From IMG/VR virus record IMGVR_UViG_3300024988_000010: a stretch of DNA of 64,000 nucleotides; one strand, written 5' to 3'. Below are positions 16,775 to 27,930 of this stretch, piece by piece (the stretch's first letter is position 1; every line of letters starts with the position of its first letter). The notes below the pieces were generated by a model, which searched no databases, was not told where the DNA came from, and worked only from the letters and a program-made list of their open reading frames with translations. The stretch is from a virus. Position numbers and translations under genes: made by a program.

Positions 16775-16875
16775 AATCGCATTAGGAGGCCCTTCGTATG
16801 CTTCCAATCACCTCGCAACCCATTGATTTTTCGTTGAACGGGCAACCGAAATGCCCAAACTCACCCAGTAACACC

Positions 16876-17394
16876 ATGGCCGACGAGCCAGAATCCCAGC
16901 CGAAGCCCGGCCAGCCAACCAAGTACAAGCCCGAATACTGCGAGCAGGTGAAGAAGCTCGCCCTCCTCGGCCTCACCGACGTGGAGATGGCCGAATTCTT
17001 CGAGGTTTGCGAGGACACCTTCTACGAATGGAAGAAGGTCCACCCCGAATTCTCCGAGGCCGCTAGCGCGGGCAAGGTCAAGGCCGACGCCGAGATCGCC
17101 CACTCGCTCTACGACCGCGCCAAGGGCGCACAGTGGACCGAGCAGGCCGCCTTCAAGATCCGCAACCAGACCGGCCCCGGCCAATTCACCGAGGAAGTCC
17201 AGATCGTCGAGGTCCGCAAGGCCGCCCCTCCCGACACCCAGGCCGCCTCGCTCTGGCTCCGCAACCGCCGCCCCAAGAGCTGGCGCGACACCCAGCACAT
17301 CGAGCAGACCGTCGCCCAGGTCGAGGCCCCCACCGAATTCACGTCGCCTGAAGAGGCCGCCAGGGCCTACGCCGAGGCCGTCAAGGGCCAGTGA
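16876..17394 (+). CDS. terS: terminase small subunit
   Basis: GQPTKYKPEYCEQ...LGLTDVEMAEFFEV..TFYEWK..HPEF...PPDTQAASLWLRNR. Confidence 0.85.
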   Translation: MADEPESQPKPGQPTKYKPEYCEQVKKLALLGLTDVEMAEFFEVCEDTFYEWKKVHPEFSEAASAGKVKADAEIAHSLYDRAKGAQWTEQAAFKIRNQTGPGQFTEEVQIVEVRKAAPPDTQAASLWLRNRRPKSWRDTQHIEQTVAQVEAPTEFTSPEEAARAYAEAVKGQ

Positions 17395-18992
17395 CCTGGC
17401 CGCCCGACGTCAAGGCCGAGTATGAGAGGCGGCTCCGCCTGCTGAACCGGCTGAACGCCGACCCGATCCTCCGCTCGGCGGTGATGCAGCATTACGCGAA
17501 CAGCCCCGCCGACTGGATCGGCGACTGGTGCGTGACCTTCGACCCCCGCATCCAGCCGCCCAACCCGAAGCTGATGCCCTTCATGCTCTTCCCCAGGCAG
17601 AAGGAATACGTCCGGTTCCTCCACTGGTGCCTGACCAACAAGGAATCGGGCCTGACCGAGAAGTGCCGCGACATCGGGGCCACCTGGCTCGCCTGCGGCT
17701 TCACGGTCTGGATGTGGCGGTTCCTGCCCGGCTCCGTAGTCGGATGGGGCAGCCGCAAGGAAGAGTACGTCGACAAGAAGGGCGACCCCAAGGCGATATT
17801 CCCGAAGCTCAGGCAGATCATCGAACACCTGCCGCCGTTCATGCGGCCCGTCGGCTTCGACCCGACGTCCCACGACACCCACATGAAGCTCCTCAACCCC
17901 CAGAGCGGCTCCGCCGTCACGGGCGAGGCGGGCAACAACATCGGCCGCGGCGGTCGAACGACCATCTACTTCAAGGACGAGTCGGCGCACTACGAGCAGC
18001 CAGAACTGATCGAGGCGTCGCTCGGCGACAACACCGACGTCCAGATCGACATCTCGAGCGTCAACGGCTCGGCCAACGTCTTCTACCGCAGGCGCATGGC
18101 GGGCGAAATCTGGACTCCGGACGGCCCCCACACCCCCGGCAAGGTCCAGATCTTCGTCTTCGACTGGCGCGATCACCCGGGCAAGACCCAGGAATGGTAC
18201 GACCGGCGGCGCAAGCGGGCCGAGGAAGAAGGCCTGCTCCACGTATTCGCCCAGGAAGTCGACCGCGACTATGCCGGGGCGATCGACCGCGTCATCATCC
18301 AGCCCGACTGGGTGAGGGCGGCCGTCGACGCACACGTGAAGCTCGGCTTCGGGGCGGACGGCGAGAAGGTCGCCGGCCAGGACGTCGCGGACGAAGGGGG
18401 CGACAAGAACGCCCTCGCGATCCGGCACGGCGTCATCCTGAAGTATGCCGAACACTGGGGCGGCGACGCGGGCGAAGCGGCCAAGGCGGCCGTTCCCCGC
18501 TGCATCGAACACGGCGTGCGCGACCTTTACTACGACAGCATCGGCGTCGGCGCCGGCTTCAAAGTCGGAGTCAACAACATGACGCTGCCGCCCGGCCTCA
18601 AAGTCCACCCGTGGGACGCTGGTGCCGCCCCGCTGGACCCGCAGAAGAACATCATCCCCGGAGACAAGCAGTCGCCGACCAACGAGGACCAGTACGCCAA
18701 CCTCAAGGCCCAGAGCTGGTGGCGGCTGAGGACCCGGTTCTACAAGACGTTCCGGGCCGTCCATCACGGCGACGTCTACGACTCGGCCGAGCTGATCTCC
18801 CTCGATTCGACGCTCCCCAGGCTACACGAGCTCCAGATGGAGCTCTCGCAGGCCGTCCACAAATACAACGCAGTGGGGAAGGTGCTGGTCGACAAGAAGC
18901 CGGCCGGGGCCAAGTCTCCGAATCTCGCGGACGCCGTGGTCATCGCCTACAACCCCATCCGGCCGCCCAAAGGCTTTTTCGATTTAACATAG
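17391..18992 (+). CDS. terL: terminase large subunit
   Basis: [10 protein letters not shown] ATPase motif, YFKDESAH Walker B, ISSVNG, RNaseH-like QDVADEGGD, and SPNLADA. Confidence 0.93.
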   Translation: MTWPPDVKAEYERRLRLLNRLNADPILRSAVMQHYANSPADWIGDWCVTFDPRIQPPNPKLMPFMLFPRQKEYVRFLHWCLTNKESGLTEKCRDIGATWLACGFTVWMWRFLPGSVVGWGSRKEEYVDKKGDPKAIFPKLRQIIEHLPPFMRPVGFDPTSHDTHMKLLNPQSGSAVTGEAGNNIGRGGRTTIYFKDESAHYEQPELIEASLGDNTDVQIDISSVNGSANVFYRRRMAGEIWTPDGPHTPGKVQIFVFDWRDHPGKTQEWYDRRRKRAEEEGLLHVFAQEVDRDYAGAIDRVIIQPDWVRAAVDAHVKLGFGADGEKVAGQDVADEGGDKNALAIRHGVILKYAEHWGGDAGEAAKAAVPRCIEHGVRDLYYDSIGVGAGFKVGVNNMTLPPGLKVHPWDAGAAPLDPQKNIIPGDKQSPTNEDQYANLKAQSWWRLRTRFYKTFRAVHHGDVYDSAELISLDSTLPRLHELQMELSQAVHKYNAVGKVLVDKKPAGAKSPNLADAVVIAYNPIRPPKGFFDLT

Positions 18993-18999
18993 GATTCCC

Positions 19000-20619
19000 A
19001 TGTGGTTTAAGAAGAAGCAGCCCGAGACACGGCCGGAAGAACCGGCCCGCGGGGGCTTCTTCTCGACCGACGGCTTTCCTCCGGCCCGCGACAACGCGGT
19101 CAGGCGCCACAAGCGGCTCCAGGAATACCTGGCCCTCACGTTCCAGCGGACGGTCGACGACCTGAAGGCGGTCGACGAGGCGGGGAACCCCGTCACGGTC
19201 GCCATGGACGACGCCCAGGGCCTCCAGCGCGTCAAGGCCATGAACGGCCTCGGAATCGGCGGCTACATCCCCGAGACCCAGTTCGCGTGGTACTGCGGGC
19301 AGGGCTTCATCGGCTACCAGGCGGCGGCGCTCATCAGCCAGAACTGGTTCGTCGACAAGGCCTGCACCATGCCGGCCAAGGACGCCACCCGCAACGGGTA
19401 CGAGGTTTCGGTCAACGACGGCACCGAGGTCGACCCCGAGGTGCTCGACTACATCCGCGAGCAAGACAAGAAATACGAGGTGCTCCGCAACTGCGTCGAG
19501 TTCGTCAAGCTGGGGCGTGTCTTCGGCATCCGCGTGGCGATGTTCGTCGTCGATTCGAGCGACCCGGAATACTACGCCAAGCCGTTCAACCCCGATGGGG
19601 TGAAGCCCGGAAGCTACCGCGGCATCAGCCAGATCGACCCCTACTGGATCACGCCGGAGCTGGGCCAGGAGGCGGCGGCAAACCCCGCCGCAATGGACTT
19701 CTACGAGCCGACCTGGTGGCGGATCAACGGCAGGCGCGTCCACCGCACGCACCTCGTGATCTACCGCAACGGCGACCTGCCCGACATCCTCAAGCCCGCC
19801 TACCTCTACGGCGGCATCCCCGTGCCCCAGAAGATCGCCGAGCGCGTCTACGCGGCCGAGCGGACGGCCAACGAGGCCCCGATGCTCGCCATGACCAAGC
19901 GGCTCACCGTGCTGAAGGTGGACATCACCCAGGCGATGGCCAACCAGGAGGCGTTCAACGCCCGGATGGAATACTGGACGCAGATCCAGAACAACTTCGG
20001 GGTGAAGATCATCGGCGGCGACGAGGAGATCGAGCAGTTCGACACGACCCTCGCCGAGCTGGACGCCGCGATCATGACGCAGTACCAGATCGCCTGCGCC
20101 GCCGCCGAGGTGCCCGCCACCAAGATGCTGGGCACGCAGCCCAAGGGTTTTAATGCCACCGGCGAGTTCGACGAGGCGAGCTACCACGAGATGCTGGCTT
20201 CGCTCCAGCAGCACGACCTATCGCCGCTGGTCAACCGCCACCACCTGCTGCTGATACGCTCCGAGGTGGCCCCGAAGTTCAAGATGAAGCCGTTCAACAC
20301 GGAAGTCTCCTGGAACGAGCTCGACGAGCAGACGGCGGCCGAGCAGGCCGAGACCGAGCTTAAGAAGGCCCAGGCCGCACAGGCCTACGTGGAGATGGGC
20401 GCGGTGGACGGATTCGACGTGCGGTCCAAGCTCATCGCCGACAAGCACTCCGGCTTCAACGGCATCGACCCGGTCGTGCCGGGCGGGCCCGGGGACCGCG
20501 AGGCGGAGCTGGAGAACCGGGAAGCCGAGCGCGAGCGGCAGGACGCCGAACTGTCGGCACTGCAGGCCGGGCAGGCTTCGGAGTCGGAAGAGAATCCCGG
20601 AGAGAACGGGGCCGAGTAG
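19000..20619 (+). CDS. portal protein (DUF1073 type)
   Basis: [50 protein letters not shown]. Follows TerL. Confidence 0.9.
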   Translation: MWFKKKQPETRPEEPARGGFFSTDGFPPARDNAVRRHKRLQEYLALTFQRTVDDLKAVDEAGNPVTVAMDDAQGLQRVKAMNGLGIGGYIPETQFAWYCGQGFIGYQAAALISQNWFVDKACTMPAKDATRNGYEVSVNDGTEVDPEVLDYIREQDKKYEVLRNCVEFVKLGRVFGIRVAMFVVDSSDPEYYAKPFNPDGVKPGSYRGISQIDPYWITPELGQEAAANPAAMDFYEPTWWRINGRRVHRTHLVIYRNGDLPDILKPAYLYGGIPVPQKIAERVYAAERTANEAPMLAMTKRLTVLKVDITQAMANQEAFNARMEYWTQIQNNFGVKIIGGDEEIEQFDTTLAELDAAIMTQYQIACAAAEVPATKMLGTQPKGFNATGEFDEASYHEMLASLQQHDLSPLVNRHHLLLIRSEVAPKFKMKPFNTEVSWNELDEQTAAEQAETELKKAQAAQAYVEMGAVDGFDVRSKLIADKHSGFNGIDPVVPGGPGDREAELENREAERERQDAELSALQAGQASESEENPGENGAE

Positions 20620-21495
20620 ATGCCCTCGGTCCGCAAGCAGGCGTGGCTCGGCAACCCCCGCAAGAAGGGGGTAGTCGAAGGAAGGGTCCTGAACCCCAAC
20701 GCCGCGATCGAGCAGCGCTATTACACGACCCTGCGAGTCCTGATCGACCGCATGACGGCCGAGACGGAATTCGAGCTGAAGAAGCTCTTCGAGACCGATG
20801 CGGCCGAGGAGTTTTTCGCCACTGACCGAGTCGAGCGATTCGCGGAAGACGCCAGCTTATCGAGCCAGGCGCGCATCCTCACTAACGCCCTGATCAAGAA
20901 ATACGCCGACCTCTTCGCCTCGCTGTCCAAGCCCATGGCCGAGGAGTTCGCGCGCGAATCGGACAAGTCCAGCGACGTGGCGGTCAAGTCGAGCATACGC
21001 TCCATGACCGACGACCTGACGCTGCCGACCGGGGCGATCACCTCCGGCCCACTGAAGGAAATCCTGAACGCCACGGTCGCCGAGAACGTCGGCCTCATCA
21101 AGTCGATCCCGGCCCAGTACCTCTCCGGGGTGCAGGGCGCGGTCATGCGTTCCATCACGACCGGCAACGGCATGCAGGAGCTGGTGCCGTACCTCCAGAA
21201 GCACAAGGGGATCACGCTGCGGAGGGCGCGATTCATCGCCAGAGATCAAACGGTTAAGGCATTTTCAAGCTTGAGCCGAGAGCGGATGAAGCGCATCGGC
21301 GTCACTCGCGGGATCTGGCGCCATACCAGCGGTTCCAGGGAGCCGCGCCAGACGCACATCCACATGGACGGCGAAGAGTATGTCCTCGAAGAGGGCATCT
21401 ACGACCCCTCCGTGAAGCGCAAGGTCAAGCCGGGCGAGTTGCCCGGGTGCCTCTGCAGGAGCCAGCCAATTTTAAACTTCGGAGTACAGGAATGA
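20620..21495 (+). CDS. head morphogenesis protein (SPP1 gp7/MuF family)
   Basis: RARFIARDQT...WRHTSGSREPRQTH...PGELPGCLC. No C-terminal toxin extension. Confidence 0.9.
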   Translation: MPSVRKQAWLGNPRKKGVVEGRVLNPNAAIEQRYYTTLRVLIDRMTAETEFELKKLFETDAAEEFFATDRVERFAEDASLSSQARILTNALIKKYADLFASLSKPMAEEFARESDKSSDVAVKSSIRSMTDDLTLPTGAITSGPLKEILNATVAENVGLIKSIPAQYLSGVQGAVMRSITTGNGMQELVPYLQKHKGITLRRARFIARDQTVKAFSSLSRERMKRIGVTRGIWRHTSGSREPRQTHIHMDGEEYVLEEGIYDPSVKRKVKPGELPGCLCRSQPILNFGVQE

Positions 21496-21680
21496 TCGAA
21501 CTGGTGAAACGCACCACAGACGGCGACTCCGTCGAGATACGCCTCCTCGGGGCGATCCGCTACACCCGAGTCGGCGTGATCGGCGTGCTCAGCGTCTTCG
21601 GACGCGAAGTCTACCACCGCATCGACACGCGTCGTTTCCTCTTCGGCCTCGACTGGCACCGGCGCGCCGAGAGGGGTTGA
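21492..21680 (+). CDS. small hypothetical protein
   Basis: ATGA overlap with the MuF stop. Confidence 0.5.
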   Translation: MIELVKRTTDGDSVEIRLLGAIRYTRVGVIGVLSVFGREVYHRIDTRRFLFGLDWHRRAERG

Positions 21681-21681
21681 G

Positions 21682-21828
21682 ATGGCCATCGTGACGATCA
21701 GCGTCCACTGCCGCGTGAAGCACTGGTGGCTCATCAAGGCGATCAACTACCCTCTGCTCGCCCTGGGCCTCGAGGCGTGGATACCTTCCATCTGCATCGA
21801 AGCGAAAGTCGTCTCCGATGCAGCCTGA
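21682..21828 (+). CDS. small hypothetical protein (48 aa, not in the ORF track)
   Basis: [48 protein letters not shown]. Fills the gap before the next gene. Confidence 0.45.
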   Translation: MAIVTISVHCRVKHWWLIKAINYPLLALGLEAWIPSICIEAKVVSDAA

Positions 21829-23452
21829 GACGGCGCCCGGACAGGGGCCGATCCGCGCCGCCGGCGTGCTGTTCGCCTCTGGCGACACGGTCCTGCTCCT
21901 GAAGCGTTCCGACACCGGCCAATGGGCCTTCCCCGGCGGCAAGATCGAGGACGGCGAGTCTCCCGAGCAGGCGGCCGCACGCGAGTCCCGCGAGGAGATC
22001 GGCGTCGAACCGACGGCCCTGGAGGAGATCGACCGGTCCGACGACGGCCGCGTGGCCTTCACCACGTTCCTGGCCCGCACGGATGCCTTCGAGCCCACCC
22101 TCAACGACGAGCACACCGAATTCGCCTGGGCCGACCTGGCCTCGCCCCCGCAGCCGCTCCATCCCGGCGTCGAGAAGACCCTGAAGAAATACACGGCGAA
22201 CAAGCACGTCGCCCCGCCCGCCGCGGACGCCGCCGAGACGGCACGCCGTGCGGACCTCAACGGCTTCATCACCATCGAGCGCAACCCCATCTCGCGGGCG
22301 GGCGTGTTCCCGTATCTGGGCCGCAGCATCGGCGCGCCGGAGCCGGACAGGGTTTACAACGTCTACCGCCCCGCGGAAGAGTTCACGCCGGAGATGCTGG
22401 ACAGCTTCAAGCTGATCCCCATCGTCGACGACCACACCATGATCGGCGAGGGACACACCCCGGCCGAGTCCAAGGGCGTGCACGGCACCACCGGCGAGGG
22501 CGTCGTCTTCGAGGACGGCGTGCTCTACGCCCCGCTTCGCATCTTCAGCGAGAAGCTGAAATCCCTCATCGAGAGCGGGAAGCGGGCCCTCAGCCTCGGA
22601 TACCGCTGCGCCTACGAGAAGGCCTCCGGCGTCTTCGACGGCGTGCGCTACGACTACATCCAGCGAAACTTGCGCGGCAACCACCTCGCGCTCGTCGACG
22701 CCGCACGCTGCGACGTCGCAGTCCTCGACAACCACCACGCATACGACAACCACATGGCGTTCGATCACTTCGATCTGGCGCTCGACAACCACCAAGAGGA
22801 GAAGGCTATGGCCGACGAAACCAAGAAGGACGAATTGGAAGACCGCCTGAAGAAGGCGGAGGACGGCCTGAAAGCCGCCCTCGACTGGATCGACGCCCGC
22901 AAGGCGCAGGACGAGGCCGAGGAGAAGGAGGCGGCAGAGAAGGCCGCCAAGGACGCCGAGGAAGAGGCCAAGAAGAAAGAGGCCGAAGACGAGGCAAAAG
23001 AGGATGAGAAGGCCGAGGACGAATCGAAGGACGACGAAGCCGAGAAGAAATCCGCCGAGGACGCCGCCGAGATCAAGGCCCTGAAAGCCGAACTCAAGGT
23101 CCTGAAGTCGGCCATGGACTCGCTCGGCAAGTCCACCAAGGACGCCCTGACGAAGGTCGCCCAGGACAAGGTGACGCACAAGTCGCTGCTGTCCGAGGTT
23201 TCCCGCCGCAACGAGCTGGCCGGCAAGTTGTCCCAGCACTTCGGCGCGTTCGACCACGCCGAGATGACCCTCGACGAGGTGACCGCCTACGGCGTCAAGA
23301 AGCTGGGCATCCCCTGCCCCGCCGGCCACGAAGAGACCGCCCTCAACGTCTTCTTCGCCGCCAACAAGCCGTCCAGGAACGCGTTCACGCTCGACTCGGC
23401 GGACGCCAAGCGTTCGAGCGAGATCGACGCCTACCTCAACAAGTCCAAATAA
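21818..23452 (+). CDS. NUDIX hydrolase fused to DUF2213 prohead protease/scaffold
   Basis: Nudix box [23 protein letters not shown], then [11 protein letters not shown]...LSLGYRC...GNHLALV, then a charged scaffold tail. Confidence 0.88.
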   Translation: MQPETAPGQGPIRAAGVLFASGDTVLLLKRSDTGQWAFPGGKIEDGESPEQAAARESREEIGVEPTALEEIDRSDDGRVAFTTFLARTDAFEPTLNDEHTEFAWADLASPPQPLHPGVEKTLKKYTANKHVAPPAADAAETARRADLNGFITIERNPISRAGVFPYLGRSIGAPEPDRVYNVYRPAEEFTPEMLDSFKLIPIVDDHTMIGEGHTPAESKGVHGTTGEGVVFEDGVLYAPLRIFSEKLKSLIESGKRALSLGYRCAYEKASGVFDGVRYDYIQRNLRGNHLALVDAARCDVAVLDNHHAYDNHMAFDHFDLALDNHQEEKAMADETKKDELEDRLKKAEDGLKAALDWIDARKAQDEAEEKEAAEKAAKDAEEEAKKKEAEDEAKEDEKAEDESKDDEAEKKSAEDAAEIKALKAELKVLKSAMDSLGKSTKDALTKVAQDKVTHKSLLSEVSRRNELAGKLSQHFGAFDHAEMTLDEVTAYGVKKLGIPCPAGHEETALNVFFAANKPSRNAFTLDSADAKRSSEIDAYLNKSK

Positions 23453-23464
23453 GGAGACCAGCAC

Positions 23465-24436
23465 ATGGTTGCAGCATTCCAATCCACCGTTAACATCTGG
23501 TCCGCGGCCGGCGTCGTGGGCGAACAGGCCTTCGACGGCCCGATGCGCGCCGCCCCCTACAACCTCTACAGCGCGGGCGTCCCCAACCTCATCGGCAACG
23601 CCTACACCGTCACCTCCGGCGGCAACCCCGACCCGGTCCCGGGCAGCGGCATCGCCGGCACCGCGCAGGTCGGCGGCTCCGGCACCTTCGCCGGCATCCT
23701 GATCAACCCGAAGGATTACGCCTCCTACGGCACGACCGGCCTCGGCGGCCCGCTGAACCCCACGCTGGTCCTCCCCGACTACTCGATCGGCCAGCTGGCC
23801 ATCATGGGCGAGTTCTTCGTGAACCTCCCCGGCCCCGCCAGTATCGGCGACCTCGTTACCTACGACCCGCTGACCGGCGCGCTCAACAGCGTCACGCCGA
23901 CCACGAGCTTCACCGCCCAGATCAGCACCACCACGCTGACCGTGAGCGCGATCTCGAAGGGCCAGATCGCCGTGGGCCAGATCATCTCCGGCACCGGCGT
24001 CACCCCCGGCACCCGCATCACCGCGCTGGGCACCGGCAAGGGCGGCACGGGCACCTACACGATCAGCGTCTCGCAGACCGTGGGCACCGACACCGTCATG
24101 ACGGCGGCCAACGCCCCGGCCACCGCCTGGGCGGCCTCCAACGCCAGCATCGCCACCTCCGGCGGCGTCGACACCCTCACGGTGACGACCCTGACCTCCG
24201 GCGCGCTCCAGGTCGGCCAGCAGGTCTTCGGCGCGGGCGTCGCCCCCAACACGGTGATCACCGCGTTCGGCTCCGGCGTCGGCGGCACGGGCACCTACAC
24301 CCTCAACACCAGCGGCCAGACCGTCGGCGCCGAGGCGATGACGGGCCCCTCCAACCTGTTCGTGCCGAACTGCGTCGTCTCGCGGTTCACGGCCAACACG
24401 GCCGGCGGCCTCGCGGTGATCAAGCTCACCAACTAA
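23465..24436 (+). CDS. capsid cement/decoration protein with two inserted beta-rich repeats
   Basis: Lies between scaffold and [12 protein letters not shown] and GEFFVNL core. The unit TLTV...GQ..G.GV.P.T.ITA.G.G.GGTGTYT occurs twice. Confidence 0.7.
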   Translation: MVAAFQSTVNIWSAAGVVGEQAFDGPMRAAPYNLYSAGVPNLIGNAYTVTSGGNPDPVPGSGIAGTAQVGGSGTFAGILINPKDYASYGTTGLGGPLNPTLVLPDYSIGQLAIMGEFFVNLPGPASIGDLVTYDPLTGALNSVTPTTSFTAQISTTTLTVSAISKGQIAVGQIISGTGVTPGTRITALGTGKGGTGTYTISVSQTVGTDTVMTAANAPATAWAASNASIATSGGVDTLTVTTLTSGALQVGQQVFGAGVAPNTVITAFGSGVGGTGTYTLNTSGQTVGAEAMTGPSNLFVPNCVVSRFTANTAGGLAVIKLTN

Positions 24437-24462
24437 CGTCCAACCCGAAGGGATAGACCATC

Positions 24463-25554
24463 ATGAAAGAGACCACCATTCACTCGGCGCTGGACGCACG
24501 ACACGTCCACGCCCTCAACTTCACCAACGTGGAGCACTACCCCGACCTGGCCCGCATCGGCATGGACGGCTTCGACAAGATCGTCGAGGCCGGCTTCGGC
24601 ATGGACTCGATCCAGGGAGGCGTGACCCAGGGGAGCATCTCCGTCCAGCTGCAGTTCCTGCAGCAGTTCCTGCCCGGCTTCGTGAGCGTCATGACGGCCG
24701 CCCGCAAGATCGATGAGATCGTCGGCATCAACACCGCCGGCTCCTGGGAAGACGAAGAGATCGTCCAGGGCATCATCGAGAACACCGGCACGGCCGTCCC
24801 CTACGGCGACCAGACCAACGTGCCGCTGGCCAGCTGGAACGAGAACTGGGTGCCCCGCACCGTGGTCCGCTTCGAACTCGGCATGCGCGTCGACGTGCTG
24901 GAGGCGAAGCGTTCCGCCCGCATCATGGTCGACACGGCGGGCCGCAAGCGCGAGTCCGCGGGCCTCGTCCTCGAGCAGCAGCGCAACGCGGTGGGCTTCT
25001 ACGGCTACAACTCGGGCAACAACCTCACCTACGGCTTCCTGAACGACCCGAACCTGCCCGCCTACAAGAACGTGGCGGCCACCGGCACCGGCAGCTCGAC
25101 CCTCTGGACCACGAAGAACTTCCAGCAGATCACGCAGGACCTGATCACGGCCTTCGCCCAGCTCCAGCTGCAGTCTCAGGACACGATCAACCCGGAAGTC
25201 ACCGCCACCACCCTGGCCCTGGCGACCGCCGATTACCAGTACCTTTCGGTGACCACGGACTTCGGCCTGAGCGTCCGCGAGTGGCTGCGCCAGACCTACC
25301 CGAAATGCCGCGTGGTCTCCGCCCCGCAGCTCAACGCGGCCAACGGCGGCTCGAACGTGTTCTACCTCTTCGCCGACTCGGTGACGGACCTGTCGTCGGA
25401 CGACGGCAAGACCTTCGCCCAGCTCGTCCCGGCGAAGTTCCAGGTGCTCGGCGTCCAGCAGATGACCAAGGGCTACGAGGAGGACTACTCCAACGCCACG
25501 GCGGGGACTTTGTGTAAGCGGCCTTTCGCCGTAGTCCGCTATAGCGGAATTTAG
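24463..25554 (+). CDS. major capsid protein (DUF2184 type)
   Basis: 363 aa. AARKIDEIVGI...GSWEDEEIV, RNAVGFYG, YGFLNDPNLP. Confidence 0.88.
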   Translation: MKETTIHSALDARHVHALNFTNVEHYPDLARIGMDGFDKIVEAGFGMDSIQGGVTQGSISVQLQFLQQFLPGFVSVMTAARKIDEIVGINTAGSWEDEEIVQGIIENTGTAVPYGDQTNVPLASWNENWVPRTVVRFELGMRVDVLEAKRSARIMVDTAGRKRESAGLVLEQQRNAVGFYGYNSGNNLTYGFLNDPNLPAYKNVAATGTGSSTLWTTKNFQQITQDLITAFAQLQLQSQDTINPEVTATTLALATADYQYLSVTTDFGLSVREWLRQTYPKCRVVSAPQLNAANGGSNVFYLFADSVTDLSSDDGKTFAQLVPAKFQVLGVQQMTKGYEEDYSNATAGTLCKRPFAVVRYSGI

Positions 25555-25578
25555 TTCATTATCAAGGAGTCACACCGC

Positions 25579-25983
25579 ATGTACCATATCTACAGCACTC
25601 TGGCCAACGACAACGAATACATCCGATACAGCGAGCACGGGCCGCGCGGCGTCAACGTCGCCGAGCGTTCGGTGCTCGTCAAGGGCGGATCGGGCGTCCA
25701 CCAGAAGCGCCTGGGCACGCCGCTGGGCGTCCACACGGCGGTGTCCGACGAGGACTTCGCGTGGCTGAAGGAGAACTTCTCCTTCAAGCAGCACATGGCC
25801 AACGGCTACATCCGCGTCGAGAAGAGCAAGCTCGACCCAGAGGTCGTGGCCGCCGACATGGTGACCCGCGACCAGAAGACCGACGCCTGCCCGATCGTGC
25901 CGCAGGATTTCAGCGACAAGCCGGCCAAGGACGGCCTGACCGCGATCGAGCCCAAGACCAACAAGAAGTCGAAGGCCGCCTAA
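25579..25983 (+). CDS. virion/head-completion protein
   Basis: 134 aa directly after the MCP, with an AAGGAG RBS. Confidence 0.65.
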   Translation: MYHIYSTLANDNEYIRYSEHGPRGVNVAERSVLVKGGSGVHQKRLGTPLGVHTAVSDEDFAWLKENFSFKQHMANGYIRVEKSKLDPEVVAADMVTRDQKTDACPIVPQDFSDKPAKDGLTAIEPKTNKKSKAA

Positions 25984-25992
25984 AGGCTTCCC

Positions 25993-26442
25993 GTGTCGGG
26001 CGTGATCCACTTCCACGAGGTCGCGTTCCGGCAGGCCTACCCCGCGTTCGCGGACGTTGGCCGACACTCCACCGTCGCCCTCCAGGCCTACTGGGACGCG
26101 GCGACGGCCTACATCTCGAACCGCGGCGGCGGATGCTACGGCGGCGGGATGACCGTCGCCCAGCGGACGCTCGCGCTCAACCTGATGACGGCCCACGTCG
26201 CCTTCCTCAACGACCAGATCGCCTCCGGCGACGTCGGCGGGGTGGTGACGGGGGCGACCATCGACAAGGTGAGCGTGACGCTGGAACCTCCCCCTTCGGG
26301 GAACAACTGGCAGTACTGGCTCAACCAGTCGCCGTACGGCAAGCAGCTGCTCGCCCTGCTCAGCGTGGCGAGCGTCGGCGGCTTCTACGCCTCCACCGCC
26401 GTGCCCGGCCGCGCCGGGTTCTGGTTCGGGAACGGCTTCTGA
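25993..26442 (+). CDS. head-tail adaptor (DUF4054 type)
   Basis: AFRQAYPAF...LNLMTAH...WLNQSPYGKQLLALL. Confidence 0.85.
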   Translation: MSGVIHFHEVAFRQAYPAFADVGRHSTVALQAYWDAATAYISNRGGGCYGGGMTVAQRTLALNLMTAHVAFLNDQIASGDVGGVVTGATIDKVSVTLEPPPSGNNWQYWLNQSPYGKQLLALLSVASVGGFYASTAVPGRAGFWFGNGF

Positions 26443-26993
26443 TGGCTGGCGTGAAGCGATCGAATCCCAAGGCCTTCGAGACGCTGGAACTTCGCCTGAA
26501 GGAACTCGCCCGCGTCGAGACGAAGATCGGATGGTTTCCAGGCGCAAAGTACGAAACGGGGGTCCCCGTAGCGTACGCCGCGTCACTGAACGAATACGGC
26601 CACGGCTCCACCCCGCCCCGCCCTTTCTTCCGCCCCACGATCATGCAGGAGCGGACCGCATGGGCCGGGTACGCCGCCCAGGGCGCGAAGGCGATCCTCC
26701 GGGGCGACCGCACCGCCTTCCAGGTCATGGACGCGATCGGGGGGCGCGCGCAGGAGGACGTGAAGGAGACCATCAATCAAATCACCTCGCCCCCGCTCTC
26801 GCCGATCACGCTGGAGCTGCGGGCGATGAAGCACAAGGACCCCTCGCTGAAGGTGACGGGTCAGACGGTCGGCATCGCCGCCTCCCGCGTGAACCAGCCG
26901 GGCTACAAGCTCGCGGCGGGCACGCCCACGAAGCCGCTCTTCGACACGGGCCTGCTGATCACCACCCTCACGCACGTCACGGAGGCCAAGTGA
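26442..26993 (+). CDS. neck protein
   Basis: TGATG coupling. KIGWF...NEYG...PPRPFFRPT...KPLFDTG.L. Confidence 0.8.
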   Translation: MAGVKRSNPKAFETLELRLKELARVETKIGWFPGAKYETGVPVAYAASLNEYGHGSTPPRPFFRPTIMQERTAWAGYAAQGAKAILRGDRTAFQVMDAIGGRAQEDVKETINQITSPPLSPITLELRAMKHKDPSLKVTGQTVGIAASRVNQPGYKLAAGTPTKPLFDTGLLITTLTHVTEAK

Positions 26994-27355
26994 TACCAGG
27001 CTCAAATCTGCTTTCCGCCGCCCAGACCGTGATCGCGAAGCAGAGCTTCACCTACTACAAGTTCAAATCGCGGACGACCAACGAGATCGGCGAGGACGTG
27101 GCCGAATACTGCCCTCCCGTCAGGGTGCAGGGCAGCATCCAGCCCGTCCCCCGGAACCTCTACCAGGCCTACGGGCTGGAATTCCAGAGCAACTACATCA
27201 ACGTCTACGCCCCGCGGAAGTTCATCGACGTCACGCGCGACGTCTCCGGCGACCAGGTCGTGTTCCAGGGGCGGAAATACCAGGTACTGTCGGCGACCCC
27301 GTGGCACGGCATCGACGGCTGGGACCAGATCCTCTGCGTCCAGGTGCCCTGCTGA
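26990..27355 (+). CDS. head closure protein
   Basis: GTGA overlap. QGSIQPV...GDQVVFQGRKYQV...GW. Confidence 0.75.
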   Translation: MIPGSNLLSAAQTVIAKQSFTYYKFKSRTTNEIGEDVAEYCPPVRVQGSIQPVPRNLYQAYGLEFQSNYINVYAPRKFIDVTRDVSGDQVVFQGRKYQVLSATPWHGIDGWDQILCVQVPC

Positions 27356-27380
27356 CGCCGGCAACCAGAGAGGACGCGCC

Positions 27381-27920
27381 ATGCTCGACAACGAACTCAT
27401 CGCCCTGATCCGCGCCACGATCATCGCGCAGGAGGCTGCGGCCGGAATCCCCGGCCTGCCGATCAAGCAGGCGTTCCAGCCCACCCAGCAGGGCGCCAAC
27501 ACGGAGCCCACCGGCTATCTCTACAAGATCGGCGACCGCCGCGTCGGCTTCCCGCGCGTCAGCGACGCGTGGGACGAGCAGAACTCCAGGATGGTCCACA
27601 CCGAGCTGCAGAAGTACGAGACGACCTTCCAGTTCTCGGCGCTGGCGACCCAGGACCCGAAGGCCCCGCGGCAATACACCGCCTCGGACGTGCTCAACCT
27701 CGCGGCCTACACGCTCCAGTCCTCGGCGGCCATCGCCGCCTTCGAGGCGCGGGGCGTCGGCGTGCTGCGCGTGACGGACGTACGCAATCCCTACTTCCTC
27801 GACGACCGCCAGCGGTTCGAGGCGTCGCCGTCCTTCGACGCGACCTTCACCCACGACCGCGTCGTCGTCACGACCTCGCCGGTCGTGGCGATCGAGGAAT
27901 ACCAGATCATCCCCATCTAA
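27381..27920 (+). CDS. tail terminator/completion protein
   Basis: 179 aa before the sheath gene. QAFQPTQQG, VRNPYF.DD..RFE..PSFD. Confidence 0.75.
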   Translation: MLDNELIALIRATIIAQEAAAGIPGLPIKQAFQPTQQGANTEPTGYLYKIGDRRVGFPRVSDAWDEQNSRMVHTELQKYETTFQFSALATQDPKAPRQYTASDVLNLAAYTLQSSAAIAAFEARGVGVLRVTDVRNPYFLDDRQRFEASPSFDATFTHDRVVVTTSPVVAIEEYQIIPI

Positions 27921-27930
27921 GGAGCCACCC

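Noticed and set aside
19000-20619. Anti-CBASS Acb1 activity sometimes attached to DUF1073 annotations
   Set aside because: No 2H phosphoesterase HxT/HxS pair is visible. Size and position fit a plain portal.
20620-21495. MuF polymorphic toxin
   Set aside because: The protein ends right after the conserved Cys motif, with no toxin extension. The two small downstream ORFs have no evident immunity role.
27362-27383. CAACCAGAG match to the early-gene leader repeat
   Set aside because: Only about 9 nt match and no hairpin. Could be chance.
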